Below are positions 18,603 through 28,698 of a stretch of 64,000 nucleotides of DNA, in pieces; the stretch's first letter is position 1, and each line of letters begins with the position of its first letter. The stretch is from NCBI GenBank assembly GCA_963666675.1, contig OY762929.1:2300544-2364543 (forward strand). Direction: 5' to 3'. The translations under genes were made by a program, and so were the position numbers. The stretch is from an uncultured Desulfobacter sp. (GTDB taxonomy: Bacteria > Desulfobacterota > Desulfobacteria > Desulfobacterales > Desulfobacteraceae). The notes below the pieces were generated by a model. It searched no databases. It saw only the letters and a list, made by a program, of their open reading frames with translations, and was not told the origin of the DNA.

Positions 18603-18618
18603 TGTGATTCAAATCACA
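18603..18618. promoter_or_regulatory. perfect CRP-type palindrome TGTGAttcaaaTCACA upstream of small paralog gene
   Basis: Sequence tgtgattcaaatcaca read directly. Centre about 115 bp upstream of the ATG at 18495 (minus). Confidence 0.5.
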
Positions 18619-18651
18619 GAAACCTGACCAAGGACAGGGTAAATTTACATA

Positions 18652-19053
18652 GTGAATTGGGAAGATCAGCACACCAAAAGGAAGACCAAATACGTAATGC
18701 AAAATTTACACTGGATTATTTTACTGGTTATGATCGCCTTGACCAGCATTGGGGCATACAGACATCCTGAAACGTTCAGAAAGAAAATAGCATTTCCTTT
18801 ACTTGCATTTCTGGGTTTGGGGATTTTATTTATTTCCGTTTATAATATTGGGGGAATGGGAGCTCATGTTCACAGTCTTGTCAAAGAGGTTGCAAAAACC
18901 CAGGCTGAAACGGCTGTGATTAAATTCTACGCCTTAAGAATAGAGCAGCGCTATGCCCTTCAAGTCAAATCCATTTTGGTGGCCGGAGGGTTGGCTGTTT
19001 ATCTGACAGTTCTTATATTTCTGTTCAAAATTTTTCCAGCCAAAGGAAAATAA
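18652..19053 (+). CDS. small integral membrane protein (3-4 TM)
   Basis: 133 aa with several hydrophobic helices. Followed by a strong terminator. Confidence 0.35.
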   Translation: MNWEDQHTKRKTKYVMQNLHWIILLVMIALTSIGAYRHPETFRKKIAFPLLAFLGLGILFISVYNIGGMGAHVHSLVKEVAKTQAETAVIKFYALRIEQRYALQVKSILVAGGLAVYLTVLIFLFKIFPAKGK

Positions 19054-19158
19054 AATTTGTCCCGACTTTTCGACTATAAGTTGGCAGCCTCCCTATGCCG
19101 TACTGGGCAACATATTGCAAAGAATGACATTGAGCGATGAAATAAACACGCATAAAAA

Positions 19159-19200
19159 AAGGCCCTGGCTGTCATCTTTAACAGCCAGGGCCTTTGTTGT
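19159..19200 (+). terminator. Rho-independent terminator (GGCCCTGGCTG...CAGCCAGGGCC hairpin + T-run)
   Basis: aaaaaaaggccctggctgtcatctttaacagccagggcctttgttgttttc. An A-run upstream makes it potentially bidirectional. Confidence 0.55.
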
Positions 19201-19879
19201 TTTCTTCGTTTTCTCGTCCAAATCTTTATGGGATGTTCTCAAGCACTAAGGCCGTAATTGACCAAAATACCGAAAATTGTATTTATCGATATCAAAGAAA
19301 TTTTGCCCGGGCTTTGTCAAAAGTAAAGGATGTGATCCCTCTCTTGTTTCTCAAGCCTTTAGAGACCGTGACCAAGTTGATATCCGATATTCATGAGATA
19401 GTGGTAAAAACTATTGAGCCTGTAAGGCCGGGTCGTAAATATCCGAGAAATTTTAATAAAAGGGGTAGCCGTTTCCACTATGGATACCAGCCGCTCCGTT
19501 AAGTTAATGACATTGGTTGCTGCCTGACAATTTCACTTTAATGCACTCCACGGTGTTTCCGGTTGAAGATACGACGTCCAGGCTGGAAGCTGTCACACTT
19601 TTACGTCTGGCAAGAATTTTAAATTTTCTCAAATCCTGTGTGGAGCCAAATGGGGTTCTGCACGACGCCTTAAGTGCCGGTGACATTTTAGACATTGAAA
19701 ACAGCTGCCATGAAAACATGGACTGATACAAAGCCAGCCCCATTTTGATCCGAATGTTTTTAACCGACGCCATTCCCAGGGGATGGATCATGAGGGTCTC
19801 ATCTGCCATCATCCCCATAGTATGGATTTATGCCAAAAGTTCATTCAAGGCTTTTGTCCGCTTCCTACAGGCGTTTGAA

Positions 19880-20476
19880 TTACGGCTTGACGGTAATCTG
19901 GGTTATGCCCACTGCGATATCCCTGACCAGATTTTCCAATGCCCGAACCTGACCCCTGATATAGGCGGTGACATCCTTACCGCGTACGGGCAGGGCCGAG
20001 GAGAATCTCTGGGAGATCAGCAATTTTTCCGTTTCGACCTCCCGCACATACCAGAGCGCATCCATAACCGCCTGACTGCCCTTTAGCTCAAACCGGAGAA
20101 GGGTTACGTCCACCTGATATTCAGGACTCAGGGCCCGTTCCCAGGGAGAAAGCACCACCCGGGCAGTGCCGAGCAGGGCAGACAGGTCCATCATAAGTTT
20201 CTCTCTGATCTGGTGCGCCAGGGGAGCGCCCCATCGCTGAAATTCATTCACGGTCATGGCATTGCCCGGCTTACGGGTCACGATCTCGGACCGATCCAGG
20301 TATGTGGGCAGGTTCACAAAGCCGATCCCCACGGATAGGTCCGGTCCGGCCTGATCCAGTGGGGTCAAAGGGGCGGCTCCCTCTAACAGATAAAACGAGG
20401 ACTGGGGCGATAAGCCACACCCCAAAACCATCATCAGCCCTGAAATTAACAGGATATGCCATCCAAAGCGTTTCAT
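19880..20476 (-). CDS. PqiC/YmbA-like ABC-transport auxiliary lipoprotein
   Basis: 198 aa, lipobox VLGCG. Immediately downstream of the MCE gene, overlapping it by 1 bp. Confidence 0.55.
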   Translation of the reverse strand: MKRFGWHILLISGLMMVLGCGLSPQSSFYLLEGAAPLTPLDQAGPDLSVGIGFVNLPTYLDRSEIVTRKPGNAMTVNEFQRWGAPLAHQIREKLMMDLSALLGTARVVLSPWERALSPEYQVDVTLLRFELKGSQAVMDALWYVREVETEKLLISQRFSSALPVRGKDVTAYIRGQVRALENLVRDIAVGITQITVKP

Positions 20477-22128
20477 TATTTTTTTTCCTTTCCCCGCAAC
20501 AGGGATTCGGGGTGCTGCTCAAGTTCATCTGCAAGCGCTTGGACCGCTTTAGCCGCCTGGCTCAGTTCGTCAAGGGTCCGGCGTAGTTCCACCACTACAG
20601 CAGCATCCCGGGACAAGACCCCACCTGCATCTTTCAGGGTCTGCCTGGCTTGGTCCACGGTGGGGGGAAGTGTGGAGGAAAGTTTGTCTGCCAGAATCTG
20701 AACCTTTTCAATAATCTGACCAAATCCTTTAACCGCCTCTGCCACCTCTCCAGATTCAGCCAGGGCTTTTACTGCATTTCCGGCGGTTTTAAAGCTTTGA
20801 ACCGCATCTTTAAGTCCTGTACCAATATCTTCAAAGGGAAGTTTCTGAATTTTTCCTAGAATTGTAACCAATTTGTTGGTTAGGGCCTCCAAGGGTGTTG
20901 GAATGGTGGGGATCTCTATGATATCCCCATGGTCAATGACCTTGGCCGGAGCCTGGGACTTAAAAAAATCCAAGGCCACAAACAGCTTGCCCGTAAGCAG
21001 GTTGCCGGTGCTCAACTGCCCCCGCATGCCCTTGGACATTAGCTGATCCATGGTGATCTTCTCTTTCCCGCTGCTGGAATTATAGGATACACAATTAAGA
21101 CGCTCCTCTTCAATTTCAATGCGTACCGGGACAAGAATCTTATCTGCCATGCTGTCATATTCCAAACCGATCTGCACCACCCTGCCCAGTTCAAACCCCC
21201 TAAATTCAACCGGCGCGCCAATATCAAGCCCCCGGACAGACTGGGAAAATTTGAGAAGATAAGACTTTTTCCGAGTAAAAGATTTTGCCATTTCAGTTTC
21301 CTGGGAATCATACAATGTAAAAAATTGATCTTCTTCAACCGGATTTTGATCCGGAGCTCCCTGGGGGGTGAACAACACAATGCCTCCCATAAGGATGCTG
21401 ACAAGGGACTGCGTATTGACCTGAAGACCGTCGGTACCAACATTCATATTGATGCCCGAGACCGCCCAGAATTTGGATACATTTTTCACCATCTTATCAT
21501 GGGGAGCGTCAATAAAAATCCGGATATCCACACCCTGTCCGCCTTTTTCAAGGCCATACCCCGTAACCTGTCCAACCTTTACCCCCCGAAAATAGACCGG
21601 AGATCCGTAATCCAGGGATTGAAGTTCCCCGGCCTTCAGGGTAAAGAGCCTCCCCTTACTGTCCCTGGTCACGAGGGGGGGGATCTCAAGCCCCTTGAAT
21701 TTCGACCGTGCGGCGCCCTCCCGGCCCGGTTCAATAGCAATATAGGCTCCGGATAAAAGGGTGTCCATCCCGCTCACCGTACTGCCGGTCAATCGGGGGC
21801 GCACCACCCAGAACCGGGTCTGTTCCGTGAGATACCCCTTAGCCTCCCTGGCCAGTGCCGCAGTAACCTTCACCCCCTTAAGATCAGGGGTGAGGATGAC
21901 ATCTTTTACCTTGCCGATATCCACATCCTTGTACTTTATTTTGGTTTTACCGGCTTCAAGTCCTTCTGCCGATTCAAAAAGGATCTCAATCGCCGGTCCT
22001 TTCTCCGTAATGGTCTTGTACATCAGTCCCGCCCCGACCACCAGGGCCACAATGGGTACGATCCACACCAGGGAAATCCCCTTTTTCCGGCTGATATCGG
22101 CCTGGGGAATTGGGGTCTGCGCATTCAT
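20476..22128 (-). CDS. PqiB-like multi-MCE-domain protein (MlaD/MCE family)
   Basis: 550 aa. N-terminal TM then repeated MCE-type beta-barrel segments. C-terminal helical region. Confidence 0.7.
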   Translation of the reverse strand: MNAQTPIPQADISRKKGISLVWIVPIVALVVGAGLMYKTITEKGPAIEILFESAEGLEAGKTKIKYKDVDIGKVKDVILTPDLKGVKVTAALAREAKGYLTEQTRFWVVRPRLTGSTVSGMDTLLSGAYIAIEPGREGAARSKFKGLEIPPLVTRDSKGRLFTLKAGELQSLDYGSPVYFRGVKVGQVTGYGLEKGGQGVDIRIFIDAPHDKMVKNVSKFWAVSGINMNVGTDGLQVNTQSLVSILMGGIVLFTPQGAPDQNPVEEDQFFTLYDSQETEMAKSFTRKKSYLLKFSQSVRGLDIGAPVEFRGFELGRVVQIGLEYDSMADKILVPVRIEIEEERLNCVSYNSSSGKEKITMDQLMSKGMRGQLSTGNLLTGKLFVALDFFKSQAPAKVIDHGDIIEIPTIPTPLEALTNKLVTILGKIQKLPFEDIGTGLKDAVQSFKTAGNAVKALAESGEVAEAVKGFGQIIEKVQILADKLSSTLPPTVDQARQTLKDAGGVLSRDAAVVVELRRTLDELSQAAKAVQALADELEQHPESLLRGKEKK

Positions 22129-22302
22129 ATATTAATCCTCATAGTCCCAGATCATCCGGGAATCAAAACTCTGGGCCGCAAACATCGTGGTCACCACCAC
22201 AGCGGCAAAATAGGGCGCGCCGGGACCAGCCTCAATTTCGGCCAGAGATCCGATTTTGACCAGGGCCACCAGCACAGTAATCACATAAACATCTACCATT
22301 GA

Positions 22303-23373
22303 CTACCGGCCAACCGCCTCAGTAAATCGGTATAGCCGGGTTCTGTCGATATTTTTCCACTTAGAACGAAACTGAACCGACACCAGAAGAAAAATCAAAA
22401 CGCCAAGTTTCACCAGAGGAATCAGAATACTGGCCACAAAGATAACCAGGGAAATATGCCATGAACCGGAGAGCATAAAATATATAACCCCGCTCATGAT
22501 GGTATCGGCCTGCTTGGCGCCAAGCATTCCTGTAATGGTCACCGGCAGAAGATTAGCCGGCACATAGAAAATAATGGCAGCAATGACAAGGGCCCAGGTC
22601 CGTTGAATGCTGACAGGCTTACGAAAATGAAGCCGCCCACCGCATCTGGGACAGATTCCTTCAGTCTTTCCCAAGGTTAGCCGGCTGGTCATCCCACAGT
22701 TGTGGCAGACGGTCAAGGGACCCTGCTCTTTTCCGAAGTTCTTGGCAGACTGCCTTGGTACCCGCGTCCAGATATCCTCGGGATTGAGCCCTGCAAATGC
22801 CGCTACCATGACAAAAATCAACACCAAAAAAGCCCATATAGCCGGACCTGCAATGATGTCAGCCATATGGGCCAGCTTAATCATGGCCACAAGAATGGCC
22901 AGCATAAAGACCTCGGTCATGCTCCAGGGACGCAGGTGACCCAGCATCCTGAACACCCATGCAGAATGGCGGGCCCCGCCCCGGTCGGCCCAAATGGGTA
23001 CCAAAAGGTAAACAAGCCCCAGAAGCTGAACCAGGGGAATAGCAATACTGGTCAAAAAGACCAATATTGCCAAAGGATACATTCCCTGTTCGAAGAGACC
23101 GAGAATACCGGTAACCAGGAGGGTTTCCCGGGCCTGGCCCTCAAGGCTCAGGGAAAGAAAGGGGTAGGTATTGGCAATGACAAAAAGGATCAAGCCGGCC
23201 AAGGTCAGGGCCAGGGTCGGCTGTACCGTGTCACGGGTATACCGTCGCAACACCGCATTACACTGGTTGCACACGGCAATGTGCCCCAAAACCGGATCAG
23301 GCAGGGTCTGGGGCTGGCCGCATTCGGGACAAAGAGTAACGGCGGCCGTTTCATCCATGGCGATATTCTCCAA
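22303..23373 (-). CDS. PqiA-like integral membrane protein (two zinc-ribbon CxxC pairs + duplicated TM modules)
   Basis: 356 aa. CPECGQP...CNQC and CHNCG...CPRCG motifs, each followed by a multi-TM block, the typical PqiA duplication. Confidence 0.7.
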   Translation of the reverse strand: MENIAMDETAAVTLCPECGQPQTLPDPVLGHIAVCNQCNAVLRRYTRDTVQPTLALTLAGLILFVIANTYPFLSLSLEGQARETLLVTGILGLFEQGMYPLAILVFLTSIAIPLVQLLGLVYLLVPIWADRGGARHSAWVFRMLGHLRPWSMTEVFMLAILVAMIKLAHMADIIAGPAIWAFLVLIFVMVAAFAGLNPEDIWTRVPRQSAKNFGKEQGPLTVCHNCGMTSRLTLGKTEGICPRCGGRLHFRKPVSIQRTWALVIAAIIFYVPANLLPVTITGMLGAKQADTIMSGVIYFMLSGSWHISLVIFVASILIPLVKLGVLIFLLVSVQFRSKWKNIDRTRLYRFTEAVGR

Positions 23374-24213
23374 CCGCCCGACTCACAAACCTGCAACCGA
23401 CCTGCTTTCGATTACATAAGGACTTCAAATTTGTGACGCACCACAATAGACGGATGAATTTTCGTTCGAGCGCTATGACAAGTAGACACATCATTAAGCA
23501 GCGACTATATCTGAAATAAATATCGTTTCGCAATTAAAAATTGATAAATTCGTTATTTATAGATTCACCTGAAGCGTACATAGACTTACAGCAACGCAAA
23601 CCGGAATCAACGGTTCTTTTTTAACCCTGTCTCAACGTGCCTTGGTTACTGAAATTTTCGCATTGCTGTCTTCAATAAAGATTGCACCCAGCTCAGGACC
23701 GAATTTTGATCTGTTATTGCTGACCTGAGATATAGAATGGGCAGATCAAACTGAGGTGTTTGAGGTGAAGACTACTTCCAAAACAAGGTTCGTTTTTTGT
23801 TTGGAAGACCACCCCAGACTATCTGTTACTCCAGAGTATTTCCAACACTAAAGCTTACCCTCCAGATCGTGAGTGGCCTGAGCACTGGAAAAAGAAGTTA
23901 ATGCCTTTATTGATAGGCCTGTTTACGACAATTTTTAAAAACATCATGGTTGCATTTTTATGTTTTAACTGATATTTATGCCACTGAATTTCAACCCATC
24001 TTTAAAAAGGATCAGAAAGGAGGTCATTATGATGAATGAATCAACTAAAATCAAAATGATGTTCCTCTGCCTGGTCGGCTAATCTCTTCAATCAGCCTGG
24101 CCTGGCTGGGATATCAATTAATTTTTCCCATTTAGAATCACACTTAAACCCTTAGTGCGTTTTTTAAGCTGCATTTCGTGTTTTTATTAACATTTTAGGT
24201 GTGGAGGTGCGTC

Positions 24214-24454
24214 ATGACTACAAAGAATAATACCTATTACCAGGAGAAATTTTGAGGTTACGAGCAAGCGGAGAAAAGGATATCCATCAGAAACCAGAGT
24301 TAAAAGAGGTATACGGATCGTCCACGGATCAAAAGAGCTATATGAAAAGCTTGGAAGAAACGATTTGTGCCCCTGCGGCTCATTCAGAAAATTTAAAAAC
24401 TGTTGTTTGAAATCTAAAAAATACGATGGATCGCTCCGTGACTATTACTTTTAG
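24214..24454 (+). pseudogene. small SEC-C-motif (CPCGS...KNCC) gene, apparently frameshifted ([13 protein letters not shown] then +1 frame ...[32 protein letters not shown])
   Basis: ATG at 24214 terminates after 13 codons. The SEC-C-like metal-binding motif continues in the +1 frame (24218..24454) without an in-frame start codon. Confidence 0.3.
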
Positions 24455-24482
24455 GGACTCTAACCTCTCTTAATTAGTAATC

Positions 24483-25670
24483 ATGCCGGGTGGTTTTGTT
24501 TTTAAAATCATCCGGCTTATTGAAAAGAGTATAATTTTGAATACGATTTTTAAAAATAAAACAGATGTAAGGATTATTGCCTCAAAAAACAGTTGGATAG
24601 AAGGGAAGGCGGAACGTCAGTTGCTGAAGACATCAGGACTTGATGGGGTTGAATGCAGTGTTGGTTTTCCGGATATTCATCCAGGCCGGGGCATTCCCAT
24701 TGGTGCCGCATATTTAATTCGCGGGATCATTTACCCCTATTTAATCGGGAACGATGTGGGATGCGGAATCGGTCTTTTCAGGACTGGTATCAGAAAAAAT
24801 AAAATTAAAATTGATAAGTGGATCAGAACACTGGGTGATCTTAATGATCCTCATGGGGTCGACATTTCCTATTGGATGGATCAATTGGGGCTGAAGACAC
24901 CTTTGACAGATACTGCTTTAGGGACCATTGGTTCAGGAAACCATTTTGCCGAATTGCAAACAATAGAAAAAGTTTTTAACGAAGAATTGTTTTTCGGCAT
25001 GGGGCTGGATAAGAATCTGCTTACCCTGGTTGTTCACAGTGGTTCACGAGGTATTGGAGAGGCCCTGCTTCGCAGACATGTAGATAAATATGGTACCCGA
25101 GGGCTCCAGTCGGATAGTCAGGAGGGTAAGGAATATTTAGTCCGGCACGACCAGGCTTTAAAATGGGCAGGTTGTAACCGGGCAGCCATAGCTGAGAAGT
25201 TTGCATCCAGAATTGGAACAGACTGCTGGCCCATCATTGACACATATCACAATCAGATCTCATACGTGAATTCCGATAATGAGGGCTTCTGGCTGCATCG
25301 AAAAGGCGCCGTTGGTTCTGATTTCGGCCCTGTTTTAATACCAGGATCAAGAGGTAGTTTAAGTTATCTTGTCAGGCCCAAAGGGGATCAGCGCAAAAAT
25401 TTATTGTCCCTGCCCCATGGGGCTGGGCGGAAGTGGGATCGGGCCGGTTGCAAGGAGAGGCTGAGAAGTCGATATGATATTAATTCCCTTAAAAGAACAG
25501 GGTTTGGCGGTCATGTGATTTGTGATGACAGGGAGCTTTTATATGAAGAAGCCCCTCATGCCTATAAAAATATCGATCAGGTGATTCAGGATCTTCTTGA
25601 TGAAAATTGGGTTGACGTTATTGCCACATTTAAACCGCTGGTAACATACAAAAAAAGGAAAAATAAATGA
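24483..25670 (+). CDS. release-factor-H-coupled RtcB-family RNA ligase (RtcB2)
   Basis: 395 aa. RtcB-family motifs (metal-binding His/Cys, GSGNHFAELQ, PHGAGR). Translationally coupled to prfH by an ATGA overlap. Confidence 0.75.
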   Translation: MPGGFVFKIIRLIEKSIILNTIFKNKTDVRIIASKNSWIEGKAERQLLKTSGLDGVECSVGFPDIHPGRGIPIGAAYLIRGIIYPYLIGNDVGCGIGLFRTGIRKNKIKIDKWIRTLGDLNDPHGVDISYWMDQLGLKTPLTDTALGTIGSGNHFAELQTIEKVFNEELFFGMGLDKNLLTLVVHSGSRGIGEALLRRHVDKYGTRGLQSDSQEGKEYLVRHDQALKWAGCNRAAIAEKFASRIGTDCWPIIDTYHNQISYVNSDNEGFWLHRKGAVGSDFGPVLIPGSRGSLSYLVRPKGDQRKNLLSLPHGAGRKWDRAGCKERLRSRYDINSLKRTGFGGHVICDDRELLYEEAPHAYKNIDQVIQDLLDENWVDVIATFKPLVTYKKRKNK

Positions 25671-26296
25671 TAAACTGGTTACAGATAACATCCGGGCGCG
25701 GCCCGGAAGAGTGTTGCTGGGTTGTGGCAAGGCTATCGGAATGCATTGTCAAAGAGGCGGAAATCAAAGGGATTTCATACAAAATTATTGAAAGGATTTC
25801 CGATGTTAAATCAAACTTGCCCAAATCGGTATTGATTTCACTTGAAGGGGATGCCGTTGATACCTTTGCAACCTCTTTTGAAGGGACGGTCCAATGGATT
25901 GGCAAAAGCATGTTCAGGCCGCATCATAAGCGGAAAAACTGGTATGTTGGCGTGAATCTCTTTTCACCCCTGAAAGAAAATAAGTGGTCTTTTGATCAAT
26001 TGAAAATCGAAAAGATGAGAGCATCCGGGCCTGGCGGACAGAATGTCAATAAAAGAGAGACAGCTGTCAGGATTACACATAAACGAACCGGTTTGAGTGT
26101 GACAGCCCAGGAGGAGCGTTCTCAGTATCTGAACAAAAAGCTGGCGTTAAGCCGGTTAAATGAATTGCTGAAAAAAAAAGAAAGTAAAACCGAGATGAAA
26201 AGTCAGAATCGTCGATGGAATGGCCATAATCGGCTTGAACGGGGCAACCCTGTCCGGGTTTATAAAAACGAAGAATTCAGTTTGACTATAGTTTGA
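25667..26296 (+). CDS. prfH: peptide chain release factor H (PrfH; GGQ-containing RF lacking domain 1)
   Basis: 209 aa. SGPGGQNVNKRETAVRITH release-factor catalytic motif. Short length and pairing with an RtcB paralog define the PrfH family. Confidence 0.75.
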   Translation: MINWLQITSGRGPEECCWVVARLSECIVKEAEIKGISYKIIERISDVKSNLPKSVLISLEGDAVDTFATSFEGTVQWIGKSMFRPHHKRKNWYVGVNLFSPLKENKWSFDQLKIEKMRASGPGGQNVNKRETAVRITHKRTGLSVTAQEERSQYLNKKLALSRLNELLKKKESKTEMKSQNRRWNGHNRLERGNPVRVYKNEEFSLTIV

Positions 26297-26339
26297 TGGT
26301 GTCCCGGGGAATCACGGGTGGTGATTTCCCGGGATTGTT

Positions 26340-27542
26340 TTACCCTTTCACAACCCCGAGAGGGCGAAGTTTGTTCAGGGGCTTGATCAAATCAAGCTGG
26401 TCTTCAATTACGGTTTCAATATTTTTATATGCCTGGGGTGCTTCCCCAAGGTCGTACATGCCCTTGGCTTTGCCGCGCCTGACCTTACTCCAGCGGTCGA
26501 AAACGATGCCTTGCATGGCCTGGTCGCAGTTTTCGGGTGTAAGTTCTCTGGTTGCCTGTAGCCGTCCCAGGACCCGCCCTGCACCATGGGAACAGGACAT
26601 GAACGACTCAGGATTACCCAGGCCTTCGACGATGAAGGAAGGGGTTCCCATTGAACCAGGAATAATTCCGGTCTCTCCTTGTTTGGCTGAGGTTGCCCCT
26701 TTTCTATGAACCCACACATTCTTATTAAAATGGTTTTCCAGGGCTGCATAATTATGGTGAATATTAACTTCATCGGCAAATTCAGTCCCGGGGAAAACTT
26801 GCGTAAAAGCATCCTTGAACCGGGTCATTATTTTTCTGCGGTTTTCACGGGCATAAGAGAGTGCAAAATTCATATCATTGATATAATTTTGCCCTTCCGC
26901 TGTCTCTGCCGGCAAAAATGCCAGGTCTTTTCCTGGTGTGTCTGCATGCCACTTTTGATTCAGTTTAACCGCAATGTCATTATAAAAGCGTGCTATCACA
27001 TTGCCCAGATGCCGGGAACCGGAGTGGATCATCAGCCAGATCCGGTCATCATCGCCTGCCTGGATTTCTATAAAATGATTGCCGCCGCCAAGGCTGCCTA
27101 AATTTTTATAGGCAAGTTTTTTAACATGGGACGAGTACCACCCTCTCTCTTCATACGCTTCAATGTCATCAAGGTTTTCCCATATCTGGGGCTCTTTATG
27201 GGCGTTACCTTCTCCACAGGGAATATATTTTTTGACCAATGTAACAGCCTCTCGTAGGTTGTGCCGGCTAGTTTCGGACACTGGGAGGTTGGTTCTGACA
27301 GATCCCATGCCACAACCGATATCCACACCCACGGCATTAGGGATAACAGCATTGTCCGCGGCAATTACGCCACCGATGGGCATACCGTAGCCCGGATGAC
27401 AGTCCGGCATCAGGGCTACGTGGTGGAAAACAACAGGGTGCATGGCCAGATCCTCGGCTTGCGCCATGGCAAGTCCTTCGAGGTTTGAACACCAGGATTT
27501 TATAGGGACTTTATATTTATCTTCTTTTTTTACCCACTCCAT
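26340..27542 (-). CDS. rtcB: RNA-splicing ligase RtcB (canonical, 3'-phosphate/5'-OH RNA ligase)
   Basis: 400 aa. Hallmark motifs DCHPGYGMPIGGV, GGGNHFIEIQ, HSGSR, SCSHGAGR. Confidence 0.85.
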   Translation of the reverse strand: MEWVKKEDKYKVPIKSWCSNLEGLAMAQAEDLAMHPVVFHHVALMPDCHPGYGMPIGGVIAADNAVIPNAVGVDIGCGMGSVRTNLPVSETSRHNLREAVTLVKKYIPCGEGNAHKEPQIWENLDDIEAYEERGWYSSHVKKLAYKNLGSLGGGNHFIEIQAGDDDRIWLMIHSGSRHLGNVIARFYNDIAVKLNQKWHADTPGKDLAFLPAETAEGQNYINDMNFALSYARENRRKIMTRFKDAFTQVFPGTEFADEVNIHHNYAALENHFNKNVWVHRKGATSAKQGETGIIPGSMGTPSFIVEGLGNPESFMSCSHGAGRVLGRLQATRELTPENCDQAMQGIVFDRWSKVRRGKAKGMYDLGEAPQAYKNIETVIEDQLDLIKPLNKLRPLGVVKG

Positions 27543-27569
27543 TTTTTATTCCTCTTTATTTTATAAGAA

Positions 27570-27654
27570 AGTCTCAGTAAGCCACTGAGTTCTTTAAACC
27601 TTTGTTGTGGGTCGAGCCTGGGTGTCGATAGATCAGGTCGGCCCATGGCTGTTA
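27570..27654. repeat. single copy of the REP/MITE-like repeat in the rtcA-rtcB spacer
   Basis: aagaaagtctcagtaagccactgagttctttaaacctttgttgtgggtcgagcctgggtgtcgatagatcaggtcggcccatggctgtt. Same unit as at 11385..11690. Confidence 0.55.
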
Positions 27655-28698
27655 TTTTTCAACTGATATCTGCCAACGGCGGTCATCAATTTTTGTACAG
27701 TTTATATTCAGGTCTAAAAATTGTTTTACGACTTCAATATTTGTCATTGTATGACGGCTGGGCGGTTGGGTGACAAATGACCCTCCACCGGCCATGGCCA
27801 AAGGGATTAACAATTGATCCGCAAGATATTTTCCCACGGGGGCATCAGAAGCCAGATAGCTTTTCACCTGACCCACACATCTTTTGGCAACCTTTTCAGC
27901 GGTAACCCCTTTGACCCCGAATCCGGTAAACACCTCTGTAAGATTTTCGCTTTCCACGCAGAGCGTCAACACGTTCCCCGGTCCATGGGAATCAAGGATG
28001 TTCACAATTTCACAGTTTTCCCAGCCCAACAGCTTTTTGACTGTTTTAATCTCTCTTGCTGCAATGTTTTCAGCCAGGTTTGCTACAAACGCCTTTGCTG
28101 TTTTATTTAATACGTCACCCCGCTGGGTGAGATCTATTTTTCCAAGAGGGGCAGGGGCAATCTCTACTTTTATCTTTCCCCCGCCAGCCGGATAAAAACC
28201 GGGGCGAATCAAAGCTGCTGACACGGTTGGGCCCATCTTGTTGATGAGCCCAATAAATGTCTGATCGAGAAAATCAAAAGGCGGGGCATATGGATTGTGG
28301 GTGCCGCCTTCCAGTATGACCTCGGACGGTCCGTCTGCCGCCAGCAATGCCGGTAATATTGTTTGAAGGACCAATGTGCAGCTTCCTGCTGTTCCGATGG
28401 CAAAATTATAATTGCCGGTGATTATATTGCTTGGTTCAAATTTAATGGACTGTGAACCGATGTTCGCACCTTCTGCCTTTGCATTGCCCACTTTGAGGGC
28501 CGCATTGACGCAGGTCAGGTGCTGCCGCATCAGTCCCGGCTTTTTTCTCCCTGCCCGGATCTTGTTTATTGTGAAAGGTTTGCCTGTAACCAGGGACAGG
28601 GCAAGGGAGGTCCTCAAAATTTGTCCGCCACCTTCTCCAAGCATTCCGTCAATCTCCAACATGATATTATCCTTTTGCTTTAACTGCGCTAAGTTCAC
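27652..28698 (-). CDS. rtcA: RNA 3'-terminal phosphate cyclase RtcA
   Basis: 348 aa. [22 protein letters not shown]...RAGR.KPGL.RQHL matches the RtcA nucleotidylation-site region (a downstream Met is a possible start). Confidence 0.8.
   Translation of the reverse strand: MNLAQLKQKDNIMLEIDGMLGEGGGQILRTSLALSLVTGKPFTINKIRAGRKKPGLMRQHLTCVNAALKVGNAKAEGANIGSQSIKFEPSNIITGNYNFAIGTAGSCTLVLQTILPALLAADGPSEVILEGGTHNPYAPPFDFLDQTFIGLINKMGPTVSAALIRPGFYPAGGGKIKVEIAPAPLGKIDLTQRGDVLNKTAKAFVANLAENIAAREIKTVKKLLGWENCEIVNILDSHGPGNVLTLCVESENLTEVFTGFGVKGVTAEKVAKRCVGQVKSYLASDAPVGKYLADQLLIPLAMAGGGSFVTQPPSRHTMTNIEVVKQFLDLNINCTKIDDRRWQISVEK

Noticed and set aside
22702-23436. 244-aa plus-strand ORF
   Set aside because: Antisense to pqiA, which has conserved zinc-ribbon/TM architecture.
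23427-23442. tgtgacgcaccacaat - partial CRP-like site upstream of pqiA
   Set aside because: Only the TGTGA half matches. The second half-site is absent.
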